Shown here piece by piece: positions 54,895 to 63,151 of a stretch of DNA of 64,000 nucleotides. Under the pieces are notes generated by a model. The model was not told where the DNA came from. It did not search any database and saw only the letters and a list, made by a program, of their open reading frames with translations. The stretch's first letter is position 1, and each line of letters opens with the position of its first letter. A program made the position numbers and the translations under genes. The stretch comes from Nitrospinae bacterium AH_259_B05_G02_I21 (GTDB taxonomy: Bacteria > JADFOP01): assembly GCA_027717595.1 (NCBI GenBank), contig JALLOF010000002.1:29324-93323 (forward strand), written 5' to 3'.

Positions 54895-57363
54895 GTGCCC
54901 ACGACGTCCGCCACCAGATACCGGGTCGTCTTTTTTCTCCTGGCGCTGCTCGTCCTGATAGCGCTGCCGTCCCGCCCCGTGGGCGTGGCCGATGGCTTGC
55001 CTGCCGACCACCCCCTCGACCTGTGGCTTGTGCTGGTGCTGGTCGGGGGATTTTTCGTCCTTCCCTGGCGGATCGAGCGGCACCGGGCCCCGCGGCTGGC
55101 CCTGGCCTTGCTCGCCGTGGCTATCGTCAAGCTCGCTCTGGCCACCACCAGCCTCCCCCACGGCCTGGCGGCCCGCTACTTCGCCAACGCCGCCTTCGAG
55201 GGGCCCCCCGAGGCCTCCCTCGAGTACCGCCTGCCCGGGGCCACCCGCCTCGACTCCACCATCGCCTTCGCCCCCGTGGGCTTCGCCTGGGGCGAAAAAC
55301 CTTTCCCCCTTTGGTTCTTCAACGACTCCCGCCGATTTAATTTCTACAAGCCCGGGGAGCCCAACCGCCGACGTCTGCCCTTCAGCGTGCGCTGGGACGG
55401 CTTCATAAGAGCCCCTTCTGCCGAGCCCCTTACCTGGAGGCTTGAGACCGACCAAGAGGCAACTCTAAGCCTCCTTGGCCAACCCATCGTCTCAACGACC
55501 GAGGGCCCGCCCGAGGCCTCAGTTACCCTCAGCCCAGGCTGGCACCCCATTAGCGTAACCTACGCATACAAAGGCCAGGGTGCGCGGAACCTGGAGCTCG
55601 AGTGGGAACGAAACGGCTCTTTTCGGCCCGTCCCTCCATCAGCCCTGATGCCCTTCCGGCCCTCGCCTCTTCAAGAGCGGTGGGACCAGCTGGTGGTTAC
55701 GCCCGGCTGGGTGCTCTTCGTCCTGCAATTTCTCGTCGTGGGATGGATCTTGTTGGAGGGTTTGTGGGGAGAGTCGAAGGAGCGGTTCCTAACTGAGCAG
55801 GCGGCCGTCTACTTGATGGTGGTAGTGCTGGTGGGTTTCGGGACCGTCTCGCTCGCCAAGCGGGGCCGATCATCGGATTGGAACTTCCTAAACGGAGGAG
55901 ACGACCCTCTTACCTACGAAACAGCCGCCAGGCAAATACTCATAGAACGAGATCCGCTAAACAGAATGATACCGAACAAGCCCTTTTACTATATGGTGGG
56001 TTACCGTTACTTCCTGGCTGGAACCCATGCTTTACTCGGCGAGAGCAAGGCGATGGTCGTCCTGACACACTACATTCTGCTGGCAGTGGCCTGCGCCCTG
56101 CTTTACTACCTGATACGAATCCTGGCTCCTCCCGGGCCGGCCTTATTTGCAGCCGCCCTTCTCTTTTCTGGTCAGGCTCATGGAACAGTCTACCGGTGGG
56201 CCACCGAGCTCTTCCCAACCATGCTAGGCCTCGCCCTAACCGGGGCAATGCTCCTAGCGCTGGCCCACTGGGAGCGGCAACCCACTCTCTGGGGTGCAGC
56301 AGGAAGCGGTGTCCTAGCGGGCCTAGCAACCATTGTACGGCCCAACTTCCTCGTGTTCCTCCCCTTCGCCATCCTGTGGATGGGGATAGCATTACCCCAT
56401 CCAAGGGCCAAACGGTGGCAAGGGGCGGCGGTTGCCCTTCTGGCAATGACCTTCACCATTGCACCGGTGACCTGGCGAAACTGGCACGTTTCGGAACGCT
56501 TCGTGCTCCTCGTTAATAGCGGCCCCACCATGCTACTGCAGGGAAACAATCCTCCGCCAACGGTGGACCTCTCGAGGACTGTGACATCGAGGAGTCTCAA
56601 GATTTCGCTACGCCAAAGCCCATCCGGGGAGCTTAAGAAACACACAAAGGTGCTGAGGGATCTATTCAATGACCCCTTGGCGGAGAAGACTCAAACGGGG
56701 GCCATTCGAAGAGATACGCTCGAGATTCAGGGGATGGTCAACAAGGTTATCCACTTAGTTGACGTGGAGGTAATAGACCCATATCCTTTATATCAGCAGT
56801 GGAACTTGGCCCCCCAAACCCGAGAGGTCCTGGAGTACCTCCGCCAGCAACCAGGAAATTTCATCAAGGGACTTGGCCGCAAGGCTCTCCAAACACTGGG
56901 ATTCGCCTATCCGTTCGCCCCAGCCCTTCTGCTGCTCCACCTCGCCTATCTCCTAGGAGCCGTTCTACTTTGGCGGGCCGGAGTGGCTCGACGCCTGGCC
57001 ATTCTGCTCCATGCCTTCGTTCTGTCGCAATGGTTGGTTCTCGTCATCGTGAAGCCCGGACCCCACTTGCCCAAAACCCAACTGCCAACGTTCTTCGTCG
57101 CCTTCGGGTTCGCAGCCCTCCTGATCGTCTCATGGACGGCCGCCGCCATCGAAGGCCGCCCCCCACCGAGCATAGTGCCAAGACGAAAGAAGTGGTCCCC
57201 ACGTGCGCGCATCCTCGGCGGGGCGGCAGCGATGGGGCTCCTTGGCGCGCTCACCTACCTTCCGCGCCTGCCTCTGCTCATCGCATTGCTCGCCGGAGCG
57301 GTCTGGAGCCTGCGGCACACACCACACCACACGGCTCTCGGCGCTTCAGCCTCCCCACCGTAA
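54895..57363 (+). CDS. PA14-like domain / GT-C fold membrane glycosyltransferase fusion protein (paralog 2 of 3)
   Basis: Same architecture as 43092..45560 (GLAARYFAN...FSVRWDGFIRAPSAEPLTWRL...; NGGDDPLTYETAARQ; multi-TM). GTG start at 54895 with a GGAG SD 5 nt upstream. Confidence 0.6.
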   Translation: MPTTSATRYRVVFFLLALLVLIALPSRPVGVADGLPADHPLDLWLVLVLVGGFFVLPWRIERHRAPRLALALLAVAIVKLALATTSLPHGLAARYFANAAFEGPPEASLEYRLPGATRLDSTIAFAPVGFAWGEKPFPLWFFNDSRRFNFYKPGEPNRRRLPFSVRWDGFIRAPSAEPLTWRLETDQEATLSLLGQPIVSTTEGPPEASVTLSPGWHPISVTYAYKGQGARNLELEWERNGSFRPVPPSALMPFRPSPLQERWDQLVVTPGWVLFVLQFLVVGWILLEGLWGESKERFLTEQAAVYLMVVVLVGFGTVSLAKRGRSSDWNFLNGGDDPLTYETAARQILIERDPLNRMIPNKPFYYMVGYRYFLAGTHALLGESKAMVVLTHYILLAVACALLYYLIRILAPPGPALFAAALLFSGQAHGTVYRWATELFPTMLGLALTGAMLLALAHWERQPTLWGAAGSGVLAGLATIVRPNFLVFLPFAILWMGIALPHPRAKRWQGAAVALLAMTFTIAPVTWRNWHVSERFVLLVNSGPTMLLQGNNPPPTVDLSRTVTSRSLKISLRQSPSGELKKHTKVLRDLFNDPLAEKTQTGAIRRDTLEIQGMVNKVIHLVDVEVIDPYPLYQQWNLAPQTREVLEYLRQQPGNFIKGLGRKALQTLGFAYPFAPALLLLHLAYLLGAVLLWRAGVARRLAILLHAFVLSQWLVLVIVKPGPHLPKTQLPTFFVAFGFAALLIVSWTAAAIEGRPPPSIVPRRKKWSPRARILGGAAAMGLLGALTYLPRLPLLIALLAGAVWSLRHTPHHTALGASASPP

Positions 57364-57457
57364 GGATTCTTCGGACCATCCGTCGCAAAGCAAGAGCGAA
57401 TGGGCCTGCGCCTCAACGATTTCGGACGTCTCGCCTGATATGCTATCCTTGTGGCCC

Positions 57458-59710
57458 ATGGCCCCCGCCACGCGATACCGGGTTGTCTTTTTTCTCCTGG
57501 CGCTGCTCGTTTTGATTGCGCTGCCGGCTCGTCCGGTGGGCGTGGCCGACGGGCTGCCGGCCGACCATCCCCTCGACCTCTGGATCGTGCTGGTGCTGGT
57601 CGGGGGGTTTTTCGTCCTTCCCTGGCGGATCGAGCGGCACCGGGCCCCGCGGCTGGCCCTGGCCCTGCTCGCCGTGGCTATCGTCCAGCTCGCCGTCGCC
57701 ACCACCAGCCTCCCCCACGGGCTGGCGGCCCGCTACTACGCCAACGCCGACTTCCAAGGCTCCCCCGAGGCCTCCATCGAGTACCGCCTGGCCGGGGCCA
57801 CCCGCATCGACCCCACCATTGCCTTCGCCCCCGTGGGCTTCGCCTGGGACGCCAAGCCCTTCCCCCTCTGGTTCTTCAACGATTCCCGCCGCTACAACTT
57901 CTACCGGCCCGATGAGCCCGACCGCCGCCACCTCCCCTTCAGCGTGCGGTGGGACGGCTTCATCCGCGCCCCCTCGAGCGAGCCTCTAGCCTGGCGGCTG
58001 GTGACCGAGCAGGAGGCGACCCTCGAGCTGTTCGGCCAACCCATCGCCTCGACCAGAGACGGGCCCTCCAAGGTCACGATCGCCCTCTCCCCCGGCTGGC
58101 ACCCCATCAGCCTCACCTACGTCTACCGGGGAGCCGGCCCCAAGAGCTTGCGCCTCGAATGGAACGACAACGGTCCCTTCCACCCCGTTCCTTCCTCGGC
58201 GCTGATGCCCTACCACACCTCCCCGCAGGCGGACCGGTGGGACGGGGCGACGGCTGGGGCGGCGCAGGTGCTCTTTGTCCTGCAATTTCTCGCCGTTGTG
58301 TGGGTCATGGCCTCGGGGCTGTGGGGTGAATCGAAGAAGCGGTTCCTGACAGAGCGGACGGCGGTCTACGCTCTGGTTGTCGTCATGGTCGCCTTCGGAA
58401 CCCTCTCGCTCGGAAAGCGAGGACGCTCGCCCCACTTGAACGTCTTAAACGGCGGCGACGACCCCCTCGTCTACGAGACCGCCGCAAGACAAATCCTGCT
58501 CGATCGAGACCCTCTCAACCGGATGCCCTCGACCCAGCCCTTTTACTTCACTGCCGGCTACCGTTACGTGCTCGCTACGGCCCACGCCCTCATGGGCCCC
58601 TCAAAGGCCATGGTCGTCCTGCTCCAGTATTGCTTCCTCGCCATCGCCTGCGCCCTGCTCTACTACCTAGCCAGGCGGCTCGCCCCGCCGGGTGTGGCGC
58701 TGCTCGCAGCGGCCCTTCTCTTCGCCGGCCAGGGGCGCGGAGCCCTCTACCGCTGGCCGACCGACCTCTTCCCCGCCGTTGCGGGCATTCTCATCGTAGC
58801 AGCCCTTCTCTTACAACTGACCGCCTGTTGGGAGCGGCCCTCCTGGCAGCGGGCGGCGGGAGCAGGCGTCCTCTTTGGCCTGGCCTGCATGGTCCGCTCG
58901 AATATCCTCGCCTTCGGCCCCATCGCCTTCCTCTGGCTCGCCTTGAGCCGAGCCCTCCCTCCGCGCCGGGCCGCCGCCACCGCCTGTGCCTTCGCCATCG
59001 CCGGGGCGCTCACCATCGCCCCCACGACGCTGCGCAACTGGCACGTCTCCGGGGAGTTCGTGCTCCTGAACAAGGGGGGAAGCATCAACTTCTGGCAGGG
59101 CAACCAACCCCCCGGGGACCTTGACCTCTCCCGGGTCGGAAAGTCCCCGCTCTATAGGCGCCTGGGCTTCGGGCACCGAACTCAGGAGGTCTTGGAATAC
59201 GCGCGCCAACGACCGGTGGCGTTCCTTGGAGGGCTGGGCAGCAAAGCGCTCCTCCTCATGGGCCTGCCGCCGCACTTCTCACTCAGCCTCCTCGCCCTGC
59301 ACATAAGCTATCTCATCGGAGCAAGCCTCCATTGGCGCTGGGGGCGAGACCGATGGCTGGCGGTGCTCCTCCACGGCTTTGTCGCCAGCCAATGGGCGCT
59401 CTTGATTCTCCTGAAGCCTTGGCCCCACGAGCCAAAAAACCAGCTCCCCACCTTCCTCGTCGCATTCGCCTTCGCAGCCCTGTTCCTCGCGTCGATGGCC
59501 GTCTACGCACTCGGGGGCCGGTCCCCACTGTCCCGTCCAGGGATGGCGACGACCCCCTCACCCATTCCCAGGCTCGCCTCCGGGGTCGCAGCGGCAGCAT
59601 TCCTTGCCGCCATTACCTACACCCCCCGCCTCCCTCTGCTCATCCCCTTGCTCATTTGGGTCGCCTGGAGGCTTCGGCGAGCCCCAAGCCCCCTTGCTCT
59701 TTCCCCTTGA
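57458..59710 (+). CDS. PA14-like domain / GT-C fold membrane glycosyltransferase fusion protein (paralog 3 of 3, shorter second periplasmic loop)
   Basis: MAPATRYRVVFFLLALL... aligns with the other two N-termini. PA14-like block GLAARYYANADFQGSPEASIEYRL...FSVRWDGFIRAPSSEPLAWRL; NGGDDPLVYETAARQ. The listed ORF start at 57203 is an out-of-context upstream extension overlapping paralog 2. Confidence 0.6.
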   Translation: MAPATRYRVVFFLLALLVLIALPARPVGVADGLPADHPLDLWIVLVLVGGFFVLPWRIERHRAPRLALALLAVAIVQLAVATTSLPHGLAARYYANADFQGSPEASIEYRLAGATRIDPTIAFAPVGFAWDAKPFPLWFFNDSRRYNFYRPDEPDRRHLPFSVRWDGFIRAPSSEPLAWRLVTEQEATLELFGQPIASTRDGPSKVTIALSPGWHPISLTYVYRGAGPKSLRLEWNDNGPFHPVPSSALMPYHTSPQADRWDGATAGAAQVLFVLQFLAVVWVMASGLWGESKKRFLTERTAVYALVVVMVAFGTLSLGKRGRSPHLNVLNGGDDPLVYETAARQILLDRDPLNRMPSTQPFYFTAGYRYVLATAHALMGPSKAMVVLLQYCFLAIACALLYYLARRLAPPGVALLAAALLFAGQGRGALYRWPTDLFPAVAGILIVAALLLQLTACWERPSWQRAAGAGVLFGLACMVRSNILAFGPIAFLWLALSRALPPRRAAATACAFAIAGALTIAPTTLRNWHVSGEFVLLNKGGSINFWQGNQPPGDLDLSRVGKSPLYRRLGFGHRTQEVLEYARQRPVAFLGGLGSKALLLMGLPPHFSLSLLALHISYLIGASLHWRWGRDRWLAVLLHGFVASQWALLILLKPWPHEPKNQLPTFLVAFAFAALFLASMAVYALGGRSPLSRPGMATTPSPIPRLASGVAAAAFLAAITYTPRLPLLIPLLIWVAWRLRRAPSPLALSP

Positions 59711-59788
59711 CCCTGGTGGCCGATCTTTTATGATGGCCGTTGGAAGGCGGTGTGACGCGAGAGGAACCCATTACCAGAATCGCCCACG

Positions 59789-60493
59789 GTGGAGGCTCTC
59801 GAAGCGATGAAGCTCTCCGTTATCGTCCCCGCATACAACGAGCGGCCGTTCATTGAAGAGATCCTTCGCCGCGTCGAGGCCGTACCCTTCGACAAGGAGA
59901 TCATCGTCGTAGATGACGGCTCCACCGACGGGACACGAGAGGTCCTGGAGAAGCTTGAGGCGGAGGGCGGAATCACGGTCCTCTACCATCCGCGAAACCG
60001 CGGAAAGGGCGCCGCCATCCGAACGGCCCTGCCCCACGTCAGCGGCGAGCTTGTCATCATCCAGGACGCCGACCTCGAGTACGACCCCGACGACTACCCA
60101 GACCTCATCGCGCCATTCGAGAAAGGCCTGTGCGACGTCGTCTACGGAACCCGGCTGGTGCGAGGCAAGGCCCAGCGGGTTCACCTCTTCTGGCACTACG
60201 TCGGCAACCGGTTCCTCACCCTCGTCACCAATCTTCTCTTCAACGCCACCCTCTCGGATATGGAGACCGGCTACAAGGTCTTCAAGACGGACCTCCTCAA
60301 GAGTCTCAAGCTCCAGGCCAACCGCTTCGACATCGAACCGGAACTGACGGCCAAGGTGCTGAAGCGCCGCTGCCGAGTCTTCGAGGTGCCCATCGCCTAC
60401 TACGGGCGCAATTACGACGAGGGAAAGAAAATCACCTGGCGTGACGGACTGGTGGCACTGTGGACGCTCCTGAAATATCGTCTGCGTGACTGA
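59789..60493 (+). CDS. GT2 glycosyltransferase, polyprenyl-phosphate sugar synthase (DPM1/GtrB-like)
   Basis: LSVIVPAYNERPFI...VVDDGSTDGT...IQDADLEYDP (GT-A, DxD), 234 aa, immediately downstream of the tandem PA14/GT-C genes. Confidence 0.75.
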   Translation: MEALEAMKLSVIVPAYNERPFIEEILRRVEAVPFDKEIIVVDDGSTDGTREVLEKLEAEGGITVLYHPRNRGKGAAIRTALPHVSGELVIIQDADLEYDPDDYPDLIAPFEKGLCDVVYGTRLVRGKAQRVHLFWHYVGNRFLTLVTNLLFNATLSDMETGYKVFKTDLLKSLKLQANRFDIEPELTAKVLKRRCRVFEVPIAYYGRNYDEGKKITWRDGLVALWTLLKYRLRD

Positions 60494-60672
60494 GACCCCA
60501 CGGCTGGCTTATCCCAACCGCTCCAATTTCAATCTTTTTCCTTGACCTTGCTCCCAAAGGTTGTTAATGTAAGGAGGTAGAGTCCTTACGAGCGTGCCAA
60601 TTACTGACTTTAAATTCAACGCGAGTTCGACCGACACTCGGTAGGTATCGCAAAAAAGAGGATGGGCAACGG

Positions 60673-61632
60673 ATGGCGGGCCCTGAGGCTCAACCGACCC
60701 CTCAGGATATGAAATCCATCTGGGCCATCGGCGGCGGTAAGGGAGGTACGGGCAAAAGCTTCATGACGGCCAGCCTGGGCATCCAACTTGCCCAGCTCGG
60801 CCGAAGGACCATTATCGTCGACGCCGACCTGGGGGCGGCCAATCTCCACACGTGCCTCGGGGTCAAATCGCCCAAAGTCACGCTGGCCGACTTTCTGTCC
60901 CGGACCGTCTCTTCCCTGGAAGACCTTCTGCTGGACACATCCGTCGAGGGCCTACAATTCATCAGCGCCGCCAGGGACTCATTTGAGCTCGCCAACCCTG
61001 CGTTCCAACAAAAGCAGCGCATGATCAACCACATCAAGAGACTGCCCGCCGAGTTCATCATCGTCGACATCGGCGGGGGGTCGGGCTTCAACGCCGTCGA
61101 CTTCTTCCTTTGCGCCACTACCGGGATCATGCTCGCCAACCCAGAGCCCACGAGCGTGGAGAACACCTACCGGTTCCTCAAGAGCGCCATCCTGCGTAAG
61201 CTCTACCGGGTGGCCGACGGACGCCAGCTGAAAGAAACCATCAGAGAGGCCCTGGCCCAGGCGGACGGGCAAGAAATCAAGACCATTCAAGACCTTATCC
61301 ATCAGGTCAGGCCGTACAACGGGGTGGTTGCCGAACGCCTGGAGGAGGCGCTCCGGGACTTCCGCCCGTTCCTAATCCTCAATCAAGCCCGCCGCAAAGA
61401 CGACGTCGATCTGGGCCGCTCCATCGAGGACATCGCACGGAAGTACCTCGGGGTGGAGGTACGCTACGTCGGCGCCGTTCCTTACGACGAGAAGGTCCAC
61501 TACGCGGTCAAACAATTCAAGCCCCTCCTTATCGAGTATCCGTCCAGCCAGGCGGCAGCCTCCATTGAGGCCATCACCCGGACGCTTCTAGGTATGACCG
61601 AGTCGAGAGCCGTCGCGGCCCAGGAGAGCTGA
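60673..61632 (+). CDS. MinD/ParA-family P-loop ATPase
   Basis: Deviant Walker A AIGGGKGGTGKS (start probably MKSIWAIGG at ~60709); Walker B-like IIVDADLG; ParA/MinD-like length. Confidence 0.7.
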   Translation: MAGPEAQPTPQDMKSIWAIGGGKGGTGKSFMTASLGIQLAQLGRRTIIVDADLGAANLHTCLGVKSPKVTLADFLSRTVSSLEDLLLDTSVEGLQFISAARDSFELANPAFQQKQRMINHIKRLPAEFIIVDIGGGSGFNAVDFFLCATTGIMLANPEPTSVENTYRFLKSAILRKLYRVADGRQLKETIREALAQADGQEIKTIQDLIHQVRPYNGVVAERLEEALRDFRPFLILNQARRKDDVDLGRSIEDIARKYLGVEVRYVGAVPYDEKVHYAVKQFKPLLIEYPSSQAAASIEAITRTLLGMTESRAVAAQES

Positions 61633-62177
61633 TGAAGCCGGTTGACGAACTCACACTGTACGAGTTGCTGAACGTCGAGCCGTGGGCCAGCTCGGGGGAG
61701 ATTCGGAAAGCCTACCACATGGGTCTGGCCACCTACGGGCCCAACTCCATCGCCGCCCACAACATCGTGGATGAGGATGAGCGGACGAACATGCGCCGGC
61801 GGCTGGATGCAACCTACCGCACCCTGATGGACCCGGAGGGGCGGGCCACGTACGACCGATCCCTAAGCGGTCATGCAGAAGAACCAGCGCCAGCAGCTCC
61901 CGCAGATACTACGGTGGGCAAAAGCGCCGCTGGTAAGGGGCCACGGAGCTTCCGCGGCCCGGATCTCAAGCGCTACCGCGAGGCGCTCGGCATCAGCCTG
62001 AAGAGCATCTCCTACGATACGAAGATCAAGGTCTCCCACCTCGAAGCCATCGAGACCGAGAATCTCGCTGACCTGCCCGGGCCCTTCTTTCTCCGAGGAT
62101 TTCTCAAGGCCTACGCCTCTTGCCTAAAGCTCGACCCCGACGAATTGACGAGAGAATACCTACAGTCCTCCACCTAG
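61632..62177 (+). CDS. J-domain-like (HPD-less) / RodZ-like HTH protein
   Basis: N-terminus LYELLNVEPWASSGEIRKAYH...RATYD resembles a J domain but reads YGPN where HPD is expected. The C-terminus LKRYREALGISLKSISYDTKIKVSHLEAIE resembles the RodZ/XRE-type HTH. The start shares the last base of the upstream stop. Confidence 0.4.
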   Translation: MKPVDELTLYELLNVEPWASSGEIRKAYHMGLATYGPNSIAAHNIVDEDERTNMRRRLDATYRTLMDPEGRATYDRSLSGHAEEPAPAAPADTTVGKSAAGKGPRSFRGPDLKRYREALGISLKSISYDTKIKVSHLEAIETENLADLPGPFFLRGFLKAYASCLKLDPDELTREYLQSST

Positions 62178-62385
62178 GACGCGCTCGTCCATCATTCCCT
62201 CCACTAAGCGCTTACCCGTTGCCCCACTAGGCATTGCGGGGCCTTTAGAGAATTGATTCGGATAGCAGAGGCGGGCGGGATGGATTCGCCTCGGTGGAAA
62301 AAGGGCGTGAATCAAATATATTGAATAGATACTGCCTGAGATACCGGGGCCTTGCCGGGGAACTGCTGAGATAGGGCTTTAATTG

Positions 62386-62712
62386 CTAAGCGACCTTGTC
62401 GAGGGACTTTTTTATCGTTCCTTTGGGCTGGGCGCCGACAATCTGCTCTTGGACCTCTCCGTTCTTAAAGATTAGCAGGGTCGGGATGCCTCGGATGGAA
62501 AATCGGGACGCGATTTTCGGGTTATCGTCTACATTGAGTTTGCCGACCCTGAGCTTGCCTGCGTACTCCTCAGCCAAATCTTCGATAACGGGTGCGATAG
62601 CCTTGCACGGCGCACACCACTCGGCCCAGAAATCGACCATTGAGGGCAGATCGTCCTGGGCGAGAAACTCGTCAAAGGTCTCGTCCGTCAAATCGCGAAT
62701 ATTGCCGCTCAT
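62386..62712 (-). CDS. trxA: thioredoxin
   Basis: 108 aa with the active site WCAPC (FWAEWCAPCKAIAPV) and a thioredoxin fold length. Confidence 0.85.
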   Translation of the reverse strand: MSGNIRDLTDETFDEFLAQDDLPSMVDFWAEWCAPCKAIAPVIEDLAEEYAGKLRVGKLNVDDNPKIASRFSIRGIPTLLIFKNGEVQEQIVGAQPKGTIKKSLDKVA

Positions 62713-62960
62713 TGCTGTAACGCTCCCTGGAGATCAACGGGCCTCGCTTGGCGTGGCCCGCCGACCGAGGCTTCACTTTGGCCTCCCCTTTCTATCAGCT
62801 TCAATCCCGCTTTGTCAAGGGACGACCAACGCCTTTGAGAGATACTCGTCTCTCGCGACACGCTGTGATGGGCGAGGGCTCGGAGCATACGACAGCCCTC
62901 CCGGACTCGCATGGCCATAACCTCTGATGCTTTGAAACTCAAGGGCTTACGCCCCTGGAC

Positions 62961-62989
62961 TTGCTTTTCGCTCGTCGGTCGCGTATCAT
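62961..62989 (+). promoter_or_regulatory. sigma70-like promoter candidate TTGCTT-N17-TATCAT for the fbp-like gene
   Basis: TTGCTT 62961..62966, TATCAT 62984..62989; SD AAGGAGG 63138..63144; ATG 63152. Confidence 0.4.
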
Positions 62990-63151
62990 GGGTGGTGTTC
63001 CCATTCCACAGGCTTTCAGGAATGGCGCAACCCATAACGCACCAATCCATCGGCCCAGGCAGGCTACGGTTTCCGGCTCCCCCGAGCAGCTGGCGGATGG
63101 CTGGCCGGCCCCTGGCCTCAGCCTGCCCTCACAACCTAAGGAGGCATCGCA

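Noticed and set aside
57203-57457. N-terminal 85-aa extension of the listed ORF 57203..59710 overlapping the end of paralog 2
   Set aside because: The extension has no counterpart in the two paralogs. The conserved N-terminus (MAPATRYRVVFFLLALL) starts at the ATG at 57458. The extension is read-through of the upstream non-coding frame.
62178-62385. Possible bidirectional terminator between the J-like protein gene and trxA (GAGGCG...CGCCTC hairpin)
   Set aside because: The stem is short (6 bp) with a 13-nt loop and no U-tract on either strand. Not convincing as an intrinsic terminator.
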